Source: Candidatus Parvarchaeota archaeon
Lineage (GTDB): Archaea; Nanobdellota; Nanobdellia; WJKC01
Length of the DNA: 64,000 bases
Reading direction: 5' to 3'
Assembly (NCBI GenBank): GCA_017608505.1
Contig: JAFCFT010000001.1
Coordinates: 5,833 to 69,832, forward strand
The notes under the pieces were generated by a model. The model was not told the origin of the DNA, did no database searches, and was given only the letters and a program-made list of their open reading frames with translations. Shown in pieces: positions 20,828-30,211 of this stretch (positions are counted from its first letter, which is position 1; each line of letters begins with the position of its first letter). The translations under genes and the position numbers were made by a program.

Positions 20828-21869
20828 AAATTTTATGTTGGCCTTCGTGCTTGCTAAAGTGTTTATATAGGTTTAATAATTTTTTAGATATTAAGTCCCA
20901 GTCGTGCTTTTTAAGTTGAATTTTTTTTGGTTTTCTTTTAAAGGCTTGTTTAAGGACTTTGGCTGGGTCTTTGTTTTTAAAGTCAGAGATATCAAGGGTT
21001 ACGCATCCGCAAGCTTTTGCTTCTAGTAAGGACATGCCAAAGCCTTCGCGCTCGCTCATTGAAGCGTAGACATGGGATGATTTCATGTGTTTTAGAACTG
21101 TTTTGTGGGATTTTAAGAAGCCAAGGAATTTGACGTTTTGGCCAGCAATTGATTTTAAGTATTTTAATTCAGGGCCTTCGCCAATGATTGTGAGCTTGCC
21201 TTTGTTAAGTTTGTTAAATGCTTTTATGAGCTTGTCTACGTTTTTTTCAGGAATTAGGCGCGAGGCAGTGAGTATTGTGTTTGGAGCCCTTTTTGTTTTA
21301 ATGGATTTGATTAATTTTATGTTAAGGCCGTTTGGGATTATTGTTCCTTTTTTGACAAGGTTGCGCGTCTTTTTTGAGACGCAGATTATGTTGCCCAAAT
21401 GTTTTGAAAGAGATTGAATTATAAAGCCCAAGGTTCCAAAAAGCGGGCCTGCATAAGCACGCCAGTACTTGTAAGTCCAGTACTCATGAAATGTTATGAA
21501 AAGAGGGATGCGCTTAATTATTGCGTATATTTTTGCAGGCAAAAGATGCAGAAATGGGAACTCGTCGCAGTCAAGAACATCTAGGTCGTATTTTAGTAGT
21601 TTTGGAAGAAGAAGTGCGGAAAATTTAAGGGCGGGAAGAATTGAGCGGCGGCCCTTTGTGTAAAATGCTTCTTTTTTTGGGGCTTTGCAGACGCAGTGGA
21701 CATTTATGCCGTGATGCTTGAAGTTCCAGGAAGGCATGCCTTCCCAGTGCATAGTGAATATGTGGACTTCGTGCTTTTTTGCAAGGCGGGAGAACAGCTC
21801 GAAAGCTCTGTGCTCTGCTCCGCCAGTCACATACGGATACAAAACGTCATGGATAAAGCCTATTTTCAT
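20808..21869 (-). CDS. GT4 glycosyltransferase
   Basis: YPYVTGGAE, SRLIPEKN, SEREGFGMSLLEA. Confidence 0.92.
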   Translation of the reverse strand: MKIGFIHDVLYPYVTGGAEHRAFELFSRLAKKHEVHIFTMHWEGMPSWNFKHHGINVHCVCKAPKKEAFYTKGRRSILPALKFSALLLPKLLKYDLDVLDCDEFPFLHLLPAKIYAIIKRIPLFITFHEYWTYKYWRAYAGPLFGTLGFIIQSLSKHLGNIICVSKKTRNLVKKGTIIPNGLNIKLIKSIKTKRAPNTILTASRLIPEKNVDKLIKAFNKLNKGKLTIIGEGPELKYLKSIAGQNVKFLGFLKSHKTVLKHMKSSHVYASMSEREGFGMSLLEAKACGCVTLDISDFKNKDPAKVLKQAFKRKPKKIQLKKHDWDLISKKLLNLYKHFSKHEGQHKIFKQSRF

Positions 21870-21943
21870 GAGTGTTTAATGCTTTTTTGAATTTAAATAT
21901 CTTAGGCAAAAGCATAAAAAATAAAGGGCTTTTAGAAAAATAA

Positions 21944-23908
21944 ATGAAAGTTGAAAATGCGCTTTTGATGCTTGCTTTAATTTTGGCTTTAATTATGAGA
22001 CTATATCCTATGAGGCTTTACGCATTTGTTGGGAACGACCCTTTTGTTCATGCAAGCGTTATTAGGCAGTATTTGGAAACAGGAAATTTGGACACTTATG
22101 AATTGACAGGAGGGATTCAGAAAATAAACGAGCCTAAGGGTTTGTATTGGGTTGCAATCTTGCCTGCTTTAATTGGGGTTCCTTATGTTTTAGCGTTTCA
22201 GTTGATGCCTGTTGTTTTTGGAGCGGTTGCTGTTGCGCTTGCATATTATTTTTTGAAAAATGTGTTTGATAAGAAGACTGCTTTAATAGGGACATTTATA
22301 CTTGCATTAAGCGTGGCGCACACATACAGGACAATGGCAAACTTTTATAGAGGGGATGGATTTTTCTTGACATTTTTGTTAGGAGTGATGCTTGCATATA
22401 CGCTTGTGTTAAAGGAAAAAAAGACAAGAAAGCAAGTTTTGCTTTCTTTTATAAGCGCTTTTTTAGTTCTTGGAATGGTTGTTGTATGGAACGGGCATCT
22501 TTTAGGTATTGCAATAATTGTGTTTTGGCTTTTAGTTTCAGAGATTTTTGCTTATTATGAGGGCAATAGAGATGTTGCAAAAAAACTTATGATTTACGGG
22601 TCTATAGTGCTTCCTGTGTATGTTGGGATGAATTTTTTGCTTATGCAGTTTAATGTGATTTCTAATTTGTTTTTTTATTCTGCCGGCGCTATGGAAGCGT
22701 ACGTTGTTTTTGTGTTGGTTCCTGCAATTTTAGGACCTGTGTTTTATTATGGGATAAGGCTTAAGAAAAAGCACAGGATATATTCAATGATAGGGCTTTT
22801 AAGCGGAGCTTTGATTTTTGCAGGACTAAATGCAGGGATAATTGAAAAAGTTCTTTCGCAGTCAATATTTTTTAAGTCAGCAATATATACAATAGGCGTT
22901 TCAGAACTGCTTCCTCCTACGCCTGAGCTTGTATGGGTTATGCACAATATAATGTATTATTTCATGTGGGCTGGGTTTGTGATTTTTGGAATTATGCTTT
23001 TAAAATTAAGGAAAATCGAATATTTTGTTTTGCTCTCGTATGTTGCGCCTGTTTTGTTTCTTATGTTAAATTATGGGAGGTATGCTTTTTTAGGGTCTTT
23101 TGTAGTTGCTTCTATGGCAGGGCTTGCAATAAGTTATATGTATGGGCAATTGAGAAGAATAAAGCAGTTAAAAAAGGTTGCAATATGCTTGCCAATAGGG
23201 CTTTTGGTGGTGAGTGGCGTATATGGCGCGTATGGAATTTCGTTATTTACGCCAAGAATAAGTGAAGGGTGGGTAAGTGCTTTAAAATGGGTTAAGGGTA
23301 ATTTAGAGCCTGGAAAGGTTGTATGCTGGTGGGACCATGGCTCTTGGATACAATACTACACAGGATTTCCCACTGTTGTTGATTCTGTGTATGGGCAAGT
23401 TGAAAGCAATATACAAAGGATTGCTAAGTTTTTTGTGACGGATAGTAATGACACTTTTAAGGACTATAACGCAAGTTATTTGATTTTAGGAGACGATGCA
23501 ATATATTATATAGGGGCGATACTAGGGCTTGCTAATGAGTCAGAATACACTATTGTGTTCCCGCAGAAGTATGGTGTTAAAAAAGTGCAAGGAGGAGAGA
23601 TTACAGTATATTATGCAGGCGACGGGCAGTTTGAGTTGTATAATGACGGCACGTTATATAGAAGCCCTAATGGGGTTATGCTTTTGAGAAAAAGGGTGTA
23701 TGTCAATAAGTCAGGCGTTTCTGAAGTTATGACAAGCGGGAATTATACTATGGCAGGATGCCTTATAATAAATCCTTATGCAGTTTTTTATGCTAATGAC
23801 AAGGCTTGCAATTCAAATTTGATAAGATTGTTGTTTGGAAAAGGAAAAGAAGGATACAAATTGCTTTATGCAAATGATTTTGTAAGAGTTTATGGGATTA
23901 ATGAATGA
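21944..23908 (+). CDS. aglB: oligosaccharyltransferase AglB/STT3 paralogue (short form)
   Basis: NDPFVH, RTMANFYRGD, GVSE, WWDHG motif after about 13 TMs. Confidence 0.85.
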   Translation: MKVENALLMLALILALIMRLYPMRLYAFVGNDPFVHASVIRQYLETGNLDTYELTGGIQKINEPKGLYWVAILPALIGVPYVLAFQLMPVVFGAVAVALAYYFLKNVFDKKTALIGTFILALSVAHTYRTMANFYRGDGFFLTFLLGVMLAYTLVLKEKKTRKQVLLSFISAFLVLGMVVVWNGHLLGIAIIVFWLLVSEIFAYYEGNRDVAKKLMIYGSIVLPVYVGMNFLLMQFNVISNLFFYSAGAMEAYVVFVLVPAILGPVFYYGIRLKKKHRIYSMIGLLSGALIFAGLNAGIIEKVLSQSIFFKSAIYTIGVSELLPPTPELVWVMHNIMYYFMWAGFVIFGIMLLKLRKIEYFVLLSYVAPVLFLMLNYGRYAFLGSFVVASMAGLAISYMYGQLRRIKQLKKVAICLPIGLLVVSGVYGAYGISLFTPRISEGWVSALKWVKGNLEPGKVVCWWDHGSWIQYYTGFPTVVDSVYGQVESNIQRIAKFFVTDSNDTFKDYNASYLILGDDAIYYIGAILGLANESEYTIVFPQKYGVKKVQGGEITVYYAGDGQFELYNDGTLYRSPNGVMLLRKRVYVNKSGVSEVMTSGNYTMAGCLIINPYAVFYANDKACNSNLIRLLFGKGKEGYKLLYANDFVRVYGINE

Positions 23909-25355
23909 CTTTAAATGTGCTTGGTTCGAAAATGTAAAGATTGTTGATTTTGTAAGAAGATGGGTTGTTTGCTATCAAGTTTGTAAGGGCAGAGCATTGA
24001 ACTAAGAGACTTGTATTGTAAGCGCCTTCAAAAAAGCCTTCTGATAAGACATAAGCGTCGAAATATTGGATGAACAATGATTCGTTGTTGCACATGTCTT
24101 TATTAGAGAGGAGAAGAACTGTGTATGTGTCTTTGCCAAGTATTAAAAGAGTATAATCGTCGGTTAATATTGATTTGTATCCTTTGTTTTCTAGAAATGA
24201 ATGAAGTAGAATTGTGTTGTCTCGCTCATTTGGATATTGGTAAAATATGTTTATTGGGTTTAGGGTTTGTTCAAAGTGCGGGATTGCGAGGAGTGCAAAA
24301 ATAAGGCTTGTTGTTATTAGAATTGCAGTTAGATTGTTGAGTTTGAATTTTGAAGATATTATTATGATTGACAAAGGAAATGCAGTAAGTATGTATCTAA
24401 GATTTTTAGGGTCTATTATAAGTGTTGAAGCAATGAGAAATAAGATGCAAAGAAGCAAAGGCATTAGTTCTTTTTGAGGCCTGTGTTTTTTGTAGATAAA
24501 GATGATTATCAGGAAGAAAAGGGCTGTGGAAATATGCGTAAAAAAATTTAAGAAAAAGACTAAAGGCCCAAAAAGTCCAAGACTAGAGTCGCTTGCCCGT
24601 TCAGAATATATTTTGTATATGTACTCATAAAAGGGAAGTATGTATGCGAATGCGAATATTGAGACTGCAAGAAAAGAGACAAAAAGGATTTTTTTCTTGT
24701 GTTTTGATGATATTATAAGAGACGGCACTAAGATAAGGGGGATAAAATTGCGGGAAAATAAGGCAAGTATGAGTAAAGAAGTTAATATTAGTGTGTTCTG
24801 ATTATTAGGGTTTTTTTCAAAAATGAAGATAAAAAAGTAGAGCGTGCATAAAAAGAAAAATAAGAAGTATATGTCTAGCAAGGCTGCGGAGCTTAAAAAA
24901 AGAAGCGGCGGCGATACAATGCTAAGTGCGTAGGCAAGGAGGGCTTTGGATTTGTCTTCAGTTAGTTTGAAGACAAAAAAATAAATGAGGATGCACGATA
25001 ATGCGCCAAAAGCAACAGAAAGGATTCTTGCGCAGAATAAAAGGTCTGAAATTGTTGGGTAAAGAAAAGGGAGCGCCATTCCAACATATGAATTTGCAAT
25101 TAGGCTTTGGAAATTCTTCCATTCATAAGAATAAAAAAGAGAAGGGAGCCCTATAATTGCTTCTGCAAGCGGAGGATGCTGAAAATTAAAAAGGATTGGG
25201 TTAAAGCCTTCTTGATTTGCTTCTGGATGGAGCAATTTGATTCCTGCTGTTACATATATTGGCTCGTCAATGTGGACATATGATGTTATTCCAAGAAGTT
25301 TTAATGTTATGTTTAAAAATGTAAGAATTATGAAAATGCATGTGTGTTTTTTCAT
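23898..25355 (-). CDS. GT-C glycosyltransferase (ArnT/PMT-like)
   Basis: IDEPIY, FQHPPL, ARILS, LLD, RY motifs; polytopic. Confidence 0.8.
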   Translation of the reverse strand: MKKHTCIFIILTFLNITLKLLGITSYVHIDEPIYVTAGIKLLHPEANQEGFNPILFNFQHPPLAEAIIGLPSLFYSYEWKNFQSLIANSYVGMALPFLYPTISDLLFCARILSVAFGALSCILIYFFVFKLTEDKSKALLAYALSIVSPPLLFLSSAALLDIYFLFFFLCTLYFFIFIFEKNPNNQNTLILTSLLILALFSRNFIPLILVPSLIISSKHKKKILFVSFLAVSIFAFAYILPFYEYIYKIYSERASDSSLGLFGPLVFFLNFFTHISTALFFLIIIFIYKKHRPQKELMPLLLCILFLIASTLIIDPKNLRYILTAFPLSIIIISSKFKLNNLTAILITTSLIFALLAIPHFEQTLNPINIFYQYPNERDNTILLHSFLENKGYKSILTDDYTLLILGKDTYTVLLLSNKDMCNNESLFIQYFDAYVLSEGFFEGAYNTSLLVQCSALTNLIANNPSSYKINNLYIFEPSTFKVIH

Positions 25356-26680
25356 TGCGATTTCCTCTTGTACTGTTTGACAAGTTCTATGAATTCAGTA
25401 AGGAGCGTATTTGCTTTTTCTTTAGAATCTGATTCAGCAAAGACTTTGATTGTATGTCTTGTTTCAGATGCGCGTATAAGAACAAAGCCTTCTTTAGTTT
25501 TAAATTTGACGCCGTCAATTGTTAGTGCGTTTGGGTGGAATTTAATGAGGTCTTGTTTAATGCGCCCCATTGTTTTGTTTTTGATTTTATGCGTTGGGAA
25601 TTCAACTTCTTCTTTTACAACAAAGACTTTTGGGAGTTCTTTAAGAAGTTCTGAAAGGTTCTTTTTTGACTCATGGAGGATTTTCGCAAGCATTAGCGTT
25701 GAAAGGATTCCGTCAGAAAAAGGATAGAACTCATTCCAGTAAAAGTGGCTTGAATATTCGCCTCCAAATAGGCCGTTGCGTTTTAGCAGTTCTTCTTCAA
25801 TAAAGCGGTGGCCTACTTTGCACCAGACAACGCGTCCATTGAAATTTTTAACAAAGGGCTCAATGCTTGATGAGACTGATACTGGAACAACAATTGTGCC
25901 TCCATTGTTGCGCTTAAGAACATGCTTGGCAAAAAGCATTGTCATTCTGTTTCCGTCAATGACTTCTCCTTTGTCATCAATAAATACTGAGCGGTCTGCG
26001 TCTCCGTCAAGTCCTACTCCAAAAGACGCTTTAGACTTTAAGACTGCTTTTTTAAGTTGTGCAAGGTTTTTTTCGCTTGGTTCAGGAATTCTCCCTCCAA
26101 AGTCAGGAAGCGGCTGGTCGTTTAAGACGTCTGCATTCAAAAGGTTTTTAAAAACGCGCTTTGACAAGACGCTTGCAGAACCATTAAAGCAGTCAATAAC
26201 GCATTTTATAGGTATTTTGCCAAATTCTTTTTCAAGGAAGCGCGCATAGTCATTTAAGGCAGTTATGTTTATTCTAGCGCTTCCATTTCCAGATTTGAAT
26301 TTGTATTTGTAAAAGGCTTCTTTTACTTTTTTGTAGCGCTCTTCGTCAATCGTTGCGCCGTTTTTAAGTATTATTTTGTAGCCGTTGTATTCTGTTGGCA
26401 AGTGGCTGCCAGTTATGTACACGCCAAAGTCGTATGTTTTAAAGACTTTAAAGTAGCAGACCGGGTTTGGAACAAGACCAATATTTATGACTTTTATGCC
26501 TGAGTTTTTTAAGCCTTCAGTTAAGTGTTCGCAAAGGTCTGGGGACGTTTCTCTTGAGTCATGGCCTACAATGCATGTGCCTTTAAAAACTGCGCCAAGA
26601 GCTTTGCCTAAAAGAAATGAGTCATGCGTGCTTATGTTTCTTCCTCTTATGTCATATGCTAAGAAAATGTCCTCCTTCAT
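25352..26680 (-). CDS. phosphomannomutase/phosphoglucomutase
   Basis: Likely start MKEDIFLAYDIRG (ATG 26680). ITGSHLP phosphoserine loop, DGDADR metal loop, GGEYSSH. Confidence 0.95.
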   Translation of the reverse strand: MKEDIFLAYDIRGRNISTHDSFLLGKALGAVFKGTCIVGHDSRETSPDLCEHLTEGLKNSGIKVINIGLVPNPVCYFKVFKTYDFGVYITGSHLPTEYNGYKIILKNGATIDEERYKKVKEAFYKYKFKSGNGSARINITALNDYARFLEKEFGKIPIKCVIDCFNGSASVLSKRVFKNLLNADVLNDQPLPDFGGRIPEPSEKNLAQLKKAVLKSKASFGVGLDGDADRSVFIDDKGEVIDGNRMTMLFAKHVLKRNNGGTIVVPVSVSSSIEPFVKNFNGRVVWCKVGHRFIEEELLKRNGLFGGEYSSHFYWNEFYPFSDGILSTLMLAKILHESKKNLSELLKELPKVFVVKEEVEFPTHKIKNKTMGRIKQDLIKFHPNALTIDGVKFKTKEGFVLIRASETRHTIKVFAESDSKEKANTLLTEFIELVKQYKRKSQ

Positions 26681-26681
26681 T

Positions 26682-27842
26682 TTAGACCCAGTACATGCTG
26701 TTTTTAAGTTTTGAATTGTCAAATTCTGTTGGAAGCACATCGCCGTCAATGATTCCTGAAGCAGCAAGATAAGGCCATACGCGCGAGTGCTTGAATATGT
26801 GCGACTTGTCTTTAATTACTGATTTAAAGCCTACAATTGAGTAATCATCTATTGTGACGCAGTCATTAATCCAGGCGTGGCCGTCAATAATGCTGTTGCG
26901 TATTTTTGAGTTGTCGCCTATCCTAACCTCTTCAAATACTATTGAGCCTGTGACAATGCTGTTGTCTCCAACTAGCGTGTCATGCATTAAGTGCGTGCAA
27001 GGGCCTATGACTGTGTTTTTGCCAATAATGCATCCTTTTTCAATTATTACAGGGGGCTTAATAATTGCGTGAGGCGGAATCTCTGCTGCGTCGTCAATTA
27101 TGCGGCATTTTGCGAGATTCATAGCTCCTGCATTAGTATCAATGTATGATTTTGGTTTTCCAATGTCCCCCCAAAGCCCAGCAAATTTGTATCCGTTTAT
27201 GTGTTCTGTTTTTGAGAAATATTCCCACAAAGCGCCTATTGTGTCCAAGTTTCCCGCAGACTCTAAATATTTGTTAAATGGACCGCTGAAAAAACCCCTG
27301 CTTATTTTGTAGACTAACGTGCTTGCAAGCTTTGACTTTGCTTCTTCCATCCTTGGTTTTTCTTGGAAACCTATTATTCTGTTGTTTTTAGTAACAGCAA
27401 CGCCGTAATTTTCAACTAGGAACTTGTTTGGAAGCTCAAATAACGCGATTGTGGCAAGGCCCTTGTTTGCATCATGGAATTTTGAGAATTCTTTAAGAGA
27501 CAGGCCTGAGAAGTGATTGTCTGCGCCTATTATTAGATAGTCGTCGTCTCCAAGCAAGTCGTAGATATATTTTATAGCTCCAATTGAGCCAAGCTTGTTT
27601 GAATGGTCTGTTGATTCTTCAAGTATTATTTTAACATATTCGTTGTTTCCTAAGAATTTTTTTACTTTAAGTTGATTTGTGTTAATGCTTAAATACACAT
27701 TTTCTATGCCTGCTTCTTTTAATGCTTTAATAAGCCATGTAATGTTTGGTTTTCCAGCTATTGGGAGGAGGAGTTTTGGAGTTCTAAGTGTTAATGGATG
27801 CATTCTTGTTCCATAGCCGCCGCCAATAATGACTGCCTTCAA
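26682..27842 (-). CDS. sugar-1-phosphate nucleotidyltransferase with C-terminal left-handed beta-helix (mannose-1-P guanylyltransferase/GlmU-like)
   Basis: KAVIIGGGYGTRMHPLT...PK, FQEKP, WGDIG, hexapeptide repeats. TTG start at 27842 overlaps the upstream stop. Confidence 0.9.
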   Translation of the reverse strand: MKAVIIGGGYGTRMHPLTLRTPKLLLPIAGKPNITWLIKALKEAGIENVYLSINTNQLKVKKFLGNNEYVKIILEESTDHSNKLGSIGAIKYIYDLLGDDDYLIIGADNHFSGLSLKEFSKFHDANKGLATIALFELPNKFLVENYGVAVTKNNRIIGFQEKPRMEEAKSKLASTLVYKISRGFFSGPFNKYLESAGNLDTIGALWEYFSKTEHINGYKFAGLWGDIGKPKSYIDTNAGAMNLAKCRIIDDAAEIPPHAIIKPPVIIEKGCIIGKNTVIGPCTHLMHDTLVGDNSIVTGSIVFEEVRIGDNSKIRNSIIDGHAWINDCVTIDDYSIVGFKSVIKDKSHIFKHSRVWPYLAASGIIDGDVLPTEFDNSKLKNSMYWV

Positions 27843-28669
27843 GTAATGCCCCTCCACTCTTTTATAGCGCGCTCGTAGCGCTCAGTATTGTCTGTTGGAA
27901 GCCACTGGCCTTCAAAAGGGTATCCAAAAAGTTTTCCTTGTTCAAGGATTTGTGGAAACACATCTGTTTCTATCATTGAAGGCCCTTTTGGAACTAAGTC
28001 TATTATTTCTGGTTCTAGAATGTATACGCCAGCATTAATTAGTTTGCTTGGCGGATTTTTTGGCTTTTCTAAGAATGCTTTGATGCGCGGTCCTTCTAAT
28101 ACTGCGACTCCGTAACTTGTTGGGTCATCAACAGTTGTTAGTGCAATTGTTGCTTTTGCTTTGCCTTGTTTGTGAAATTCATAAAGAGATTCTATGTCTA
28201 TGTTTACTAAGTTGTCGCCATTAAACATTATAAATGTTTCATCAAGAAGGGGCTTTGCAAGCCTTAAGGCTCCTGCAGTGCCAAGCGCTTCATCTTCTTC
28301 AATATATGTGATTTTAACGCCGAATTTGCTTCCGTCGCCAAAGTATTCTTTGATTTTTTCTCCTAAATATCCTATTGTGATGATTACATCGCGGACATCG
28401 TATTTTCTTAGCAATTCAATTGTGTGCTCTAAAATTGGCCTTCCTTTTATTGGGACCATTGGTTTTGGAATTTCGTATGTAATGGGTCTAAGACGCGTTC
28501 CTTTGCCTCCTGCAAGGATGTATGCTTTTTTTAATTTTTTGCGATTTAGCGCTTTCTTAAGAAGAAATTCAATTGCGTGGCTCCTGTTGCGTATGCTTAC
28601 TCCATCAATGAGATTGTCAAGATCTGAGAGTAAGTGTTTGTTTAAAGTGACAGTTATTCTTTCTTTCAT
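27839..28669 (-). CDS. ribbon-helix-helix (CopG/NikR-like) domain fused to sugar-phosphate nucleotidyltransferase domain
   Basis: MKERITVTLNKHLLSDLD...NRSHAIEFLL (RHH), then ILAGGKGTRLRPIT...PKPM, NGD, EKP. ATG at 28669 lies about 25-32 nt below a TATA box. Confidence 0.9.
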   Translation of the reverse strand: MKERITVTLNKHLLSDLDNLIDGVSIRNRSHAIEFLLKKALNRKKLKKAYILAGGKGTRLRPITYEIPKPMVPIKGRPILEHTIELLRKYDVRDVIITIGYLGEKIKEYFGDGSKFGVKITYIEEDEALGTAGALRLAKPLLDETFIMFNGDNLVNIDIESLYEFHKQGKAKATIALTTVDDPTSYGVAVLEGPRIKAFLEKPKNPPSKLINAGVYILEPEIIDLVPKGPSMIETDVFPQILEQGKLFGYPFEGQWLPTDNTERYERAIKEWRGIT

Positions 28670-28701
28670 ATGAAGTATGATAAATTCATACCTTTTATAT
28701 A
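28665..28701 (-). promoter_or_regulatory. TATA box plus candidate RHH operator
   Basis: Minus-strand TATATAAA (28701-28694), inverted repeat GTATGA-N5-TCATAC (28675-28691), palindrome TTCATATGAA (28665-28674) over the start codon. Confidence 0.6.
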
Positions 28702-30134
28702 TGTTTATTACTTCTTTTTGGTAATAATATTTTTCTAAGTAAGCTCTTGAACAAAGTTTTGTCTTCTTTGTCAAATACAAAGTAATTTATGCAAACAAGA
28801 TATGTTATTGCGCCAAGCAGGTAAATAATTGCTTTGTAAATAAATGCTGTCTCAATAAGCAGTCCAGGAAGTATTGTTAGATTTAATAAGATGACTATAA
28901 AATATGTTTTTAAAGGATGTTTAATCCTCTTTTTTAGGATTGTATTTAAGAAGACGAATGAAGCCATTATTGATATTAAGTAAGCGACTGCAGCGCCAAA
29001 AGCCAGATAATTAATGGCTAGTGGAATCAAACATACAATTATTAAAGTCCTAATGATGTAGTTGATTAACACATATAATGGCTTTCCAATACCGTATGCA
29101 ATCGATTCAAAAAATTGATTATATGCTGAAAAAAATATTGCAATAATCATAATTTTTAATACATTGCTCATGGCTAAGTAATTGGCTCCTAAAAGTAAAC
29201 TGATTGTTAAATTTGTTGCAAGGGCAAATGTTAAACACATTGGTAAAATGGCGATTAAAAAATATTTCATAATGCGTTGTGTGATTTCTCTAATATCTCC
29301 AATACTTGCTTTTGGAATGTTTGGCCATACCGCAGTTGCAAGCGCGGTTGGTATAAGGAATATTAATAAGCTAATTCTATTTGAGGCGTCAAAATATCCT
29401 AATTGAGCAGTGTTAAATCCTAAAGCAAGATTTAATAAGTAGTTAGATAAAAAAAAGAATATAGAACCAGCATATGAAATTAATGAGTATTTGATTAATT
29501 TGCCCTTGTTGAATTTATTAGCAGTTTTGCGCCAATATTTTTTATGTATTATAAATACAAAAAAGAAGATGCAAGACAATAAGTAACTGATTCCATATCC
29601 AACTAGTGCTCCGATGATGCCAAGTCCTAAAAGTACGAAGATTACGGCCAAAAATTTAAGCAAGTTAAATGTTATGTCAAGGTACATTCCATATTTTAGT
29701 TTTTTAAATGCCATAAACACATACGGGTACAATTGAAGGAACATGAACGGCGTTGTAATAATAGCAACTATTTTTAAGTAATAGTTAAGTTCTGGATTGC
29801 CATACAATGAACTGATGATTCCTGATGAGAAAAAAAGGATTGTGCAAGCAGCTAAAATTATAATGAATTTTATTTTAAAGACAAATTTGAGAATGCTTGA
29901 ACTTTTGTTCAAATATTTTGGAATAAAATAAGGCAAAGAAGTATCTAATCCTAAGGAAGTGAATTGATGAAGCATAAATATAAAAGTTGTACTTAAGCTA
30001 AGAAGCCCATAATTGCTTGGCCCAAGATATCTAGCAAGCAGGTATACAACCAGCATTGATAAAATTGCAGAAACTGTTTTGCCAATTAGATGCCATAAAG
30101 CATTTTTTCCAATCTCTTTTACTTGGATACTCAT
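28695..30134 (-). CDS. oligosaccharide flippase (Wzx/MOP family)
   Basis: LARYLGPSNYG, SLGL, about 12-14 TMs, GAAVAY. Confidence 0.92.
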   Translation of the reverse strand: MSIQVKEIGKNALWHLIGKTVSAILSMLVVYLLARYLGPSNYGLLSLSTTFIFMLHQFTSLGLDTSLPYFIPKYLNKSSSILKFVFKIKFIIILAACTILFFSSGIISSLYGNPELNYYLKIVAIITTPFMFLQLYPYVFMAFKKLKYGMYLDITFNLLKFLAVIFVLLGLGIIGALVGYGISYLLSCIFFFVFIIHKKYWRKTANKFNKGKLIKYSLISYAGSIFFFLSNYLLNLALGFNTAQLGYFDASNRISLLIFLIPTALATAVWPNIPKASIGDIREITQRIMKYFLIAILPMCLTFALATNLTISLLLGANYLAMSNVLKIMIIAIFFSAYNQFFESIAYGIGKPLYVLINYIIRTLIIVCLIPLAINYLAFGAAVAYLISIMASFVFLNTILKKRIKHPLKTYFIVILLNLTILPGLLIETAFIYKAIIYLLGAITYLVCINYFVFDKEDKTLFKSLLRKILLPKRSNKHI

Positions 30135-30211
30135 TAATTCATAATTAAATAAAACCTATTTTATAAATTAATATAGTAATATTTAAATTGTAATTTTTAA
30201 TTAGTCAACAC

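Noticed and set aside
25344..28673. Several 70-160 aa plus-strand ORFs (and similar ones across the window, e.g. 42678-43196, 52953-53393)
   Set aside because: Antisense shadows of well-supported genes, with no motifs.
26681..28780. Track N-terminal extensions of PGM (26767), NTase (27857) and RHH-NTase (28780); likewise 42215, 50605 and 54572
   Set aside because: They overlap neighbouring genes; family motifs and stop/start coupling point to the downstream starts used here.
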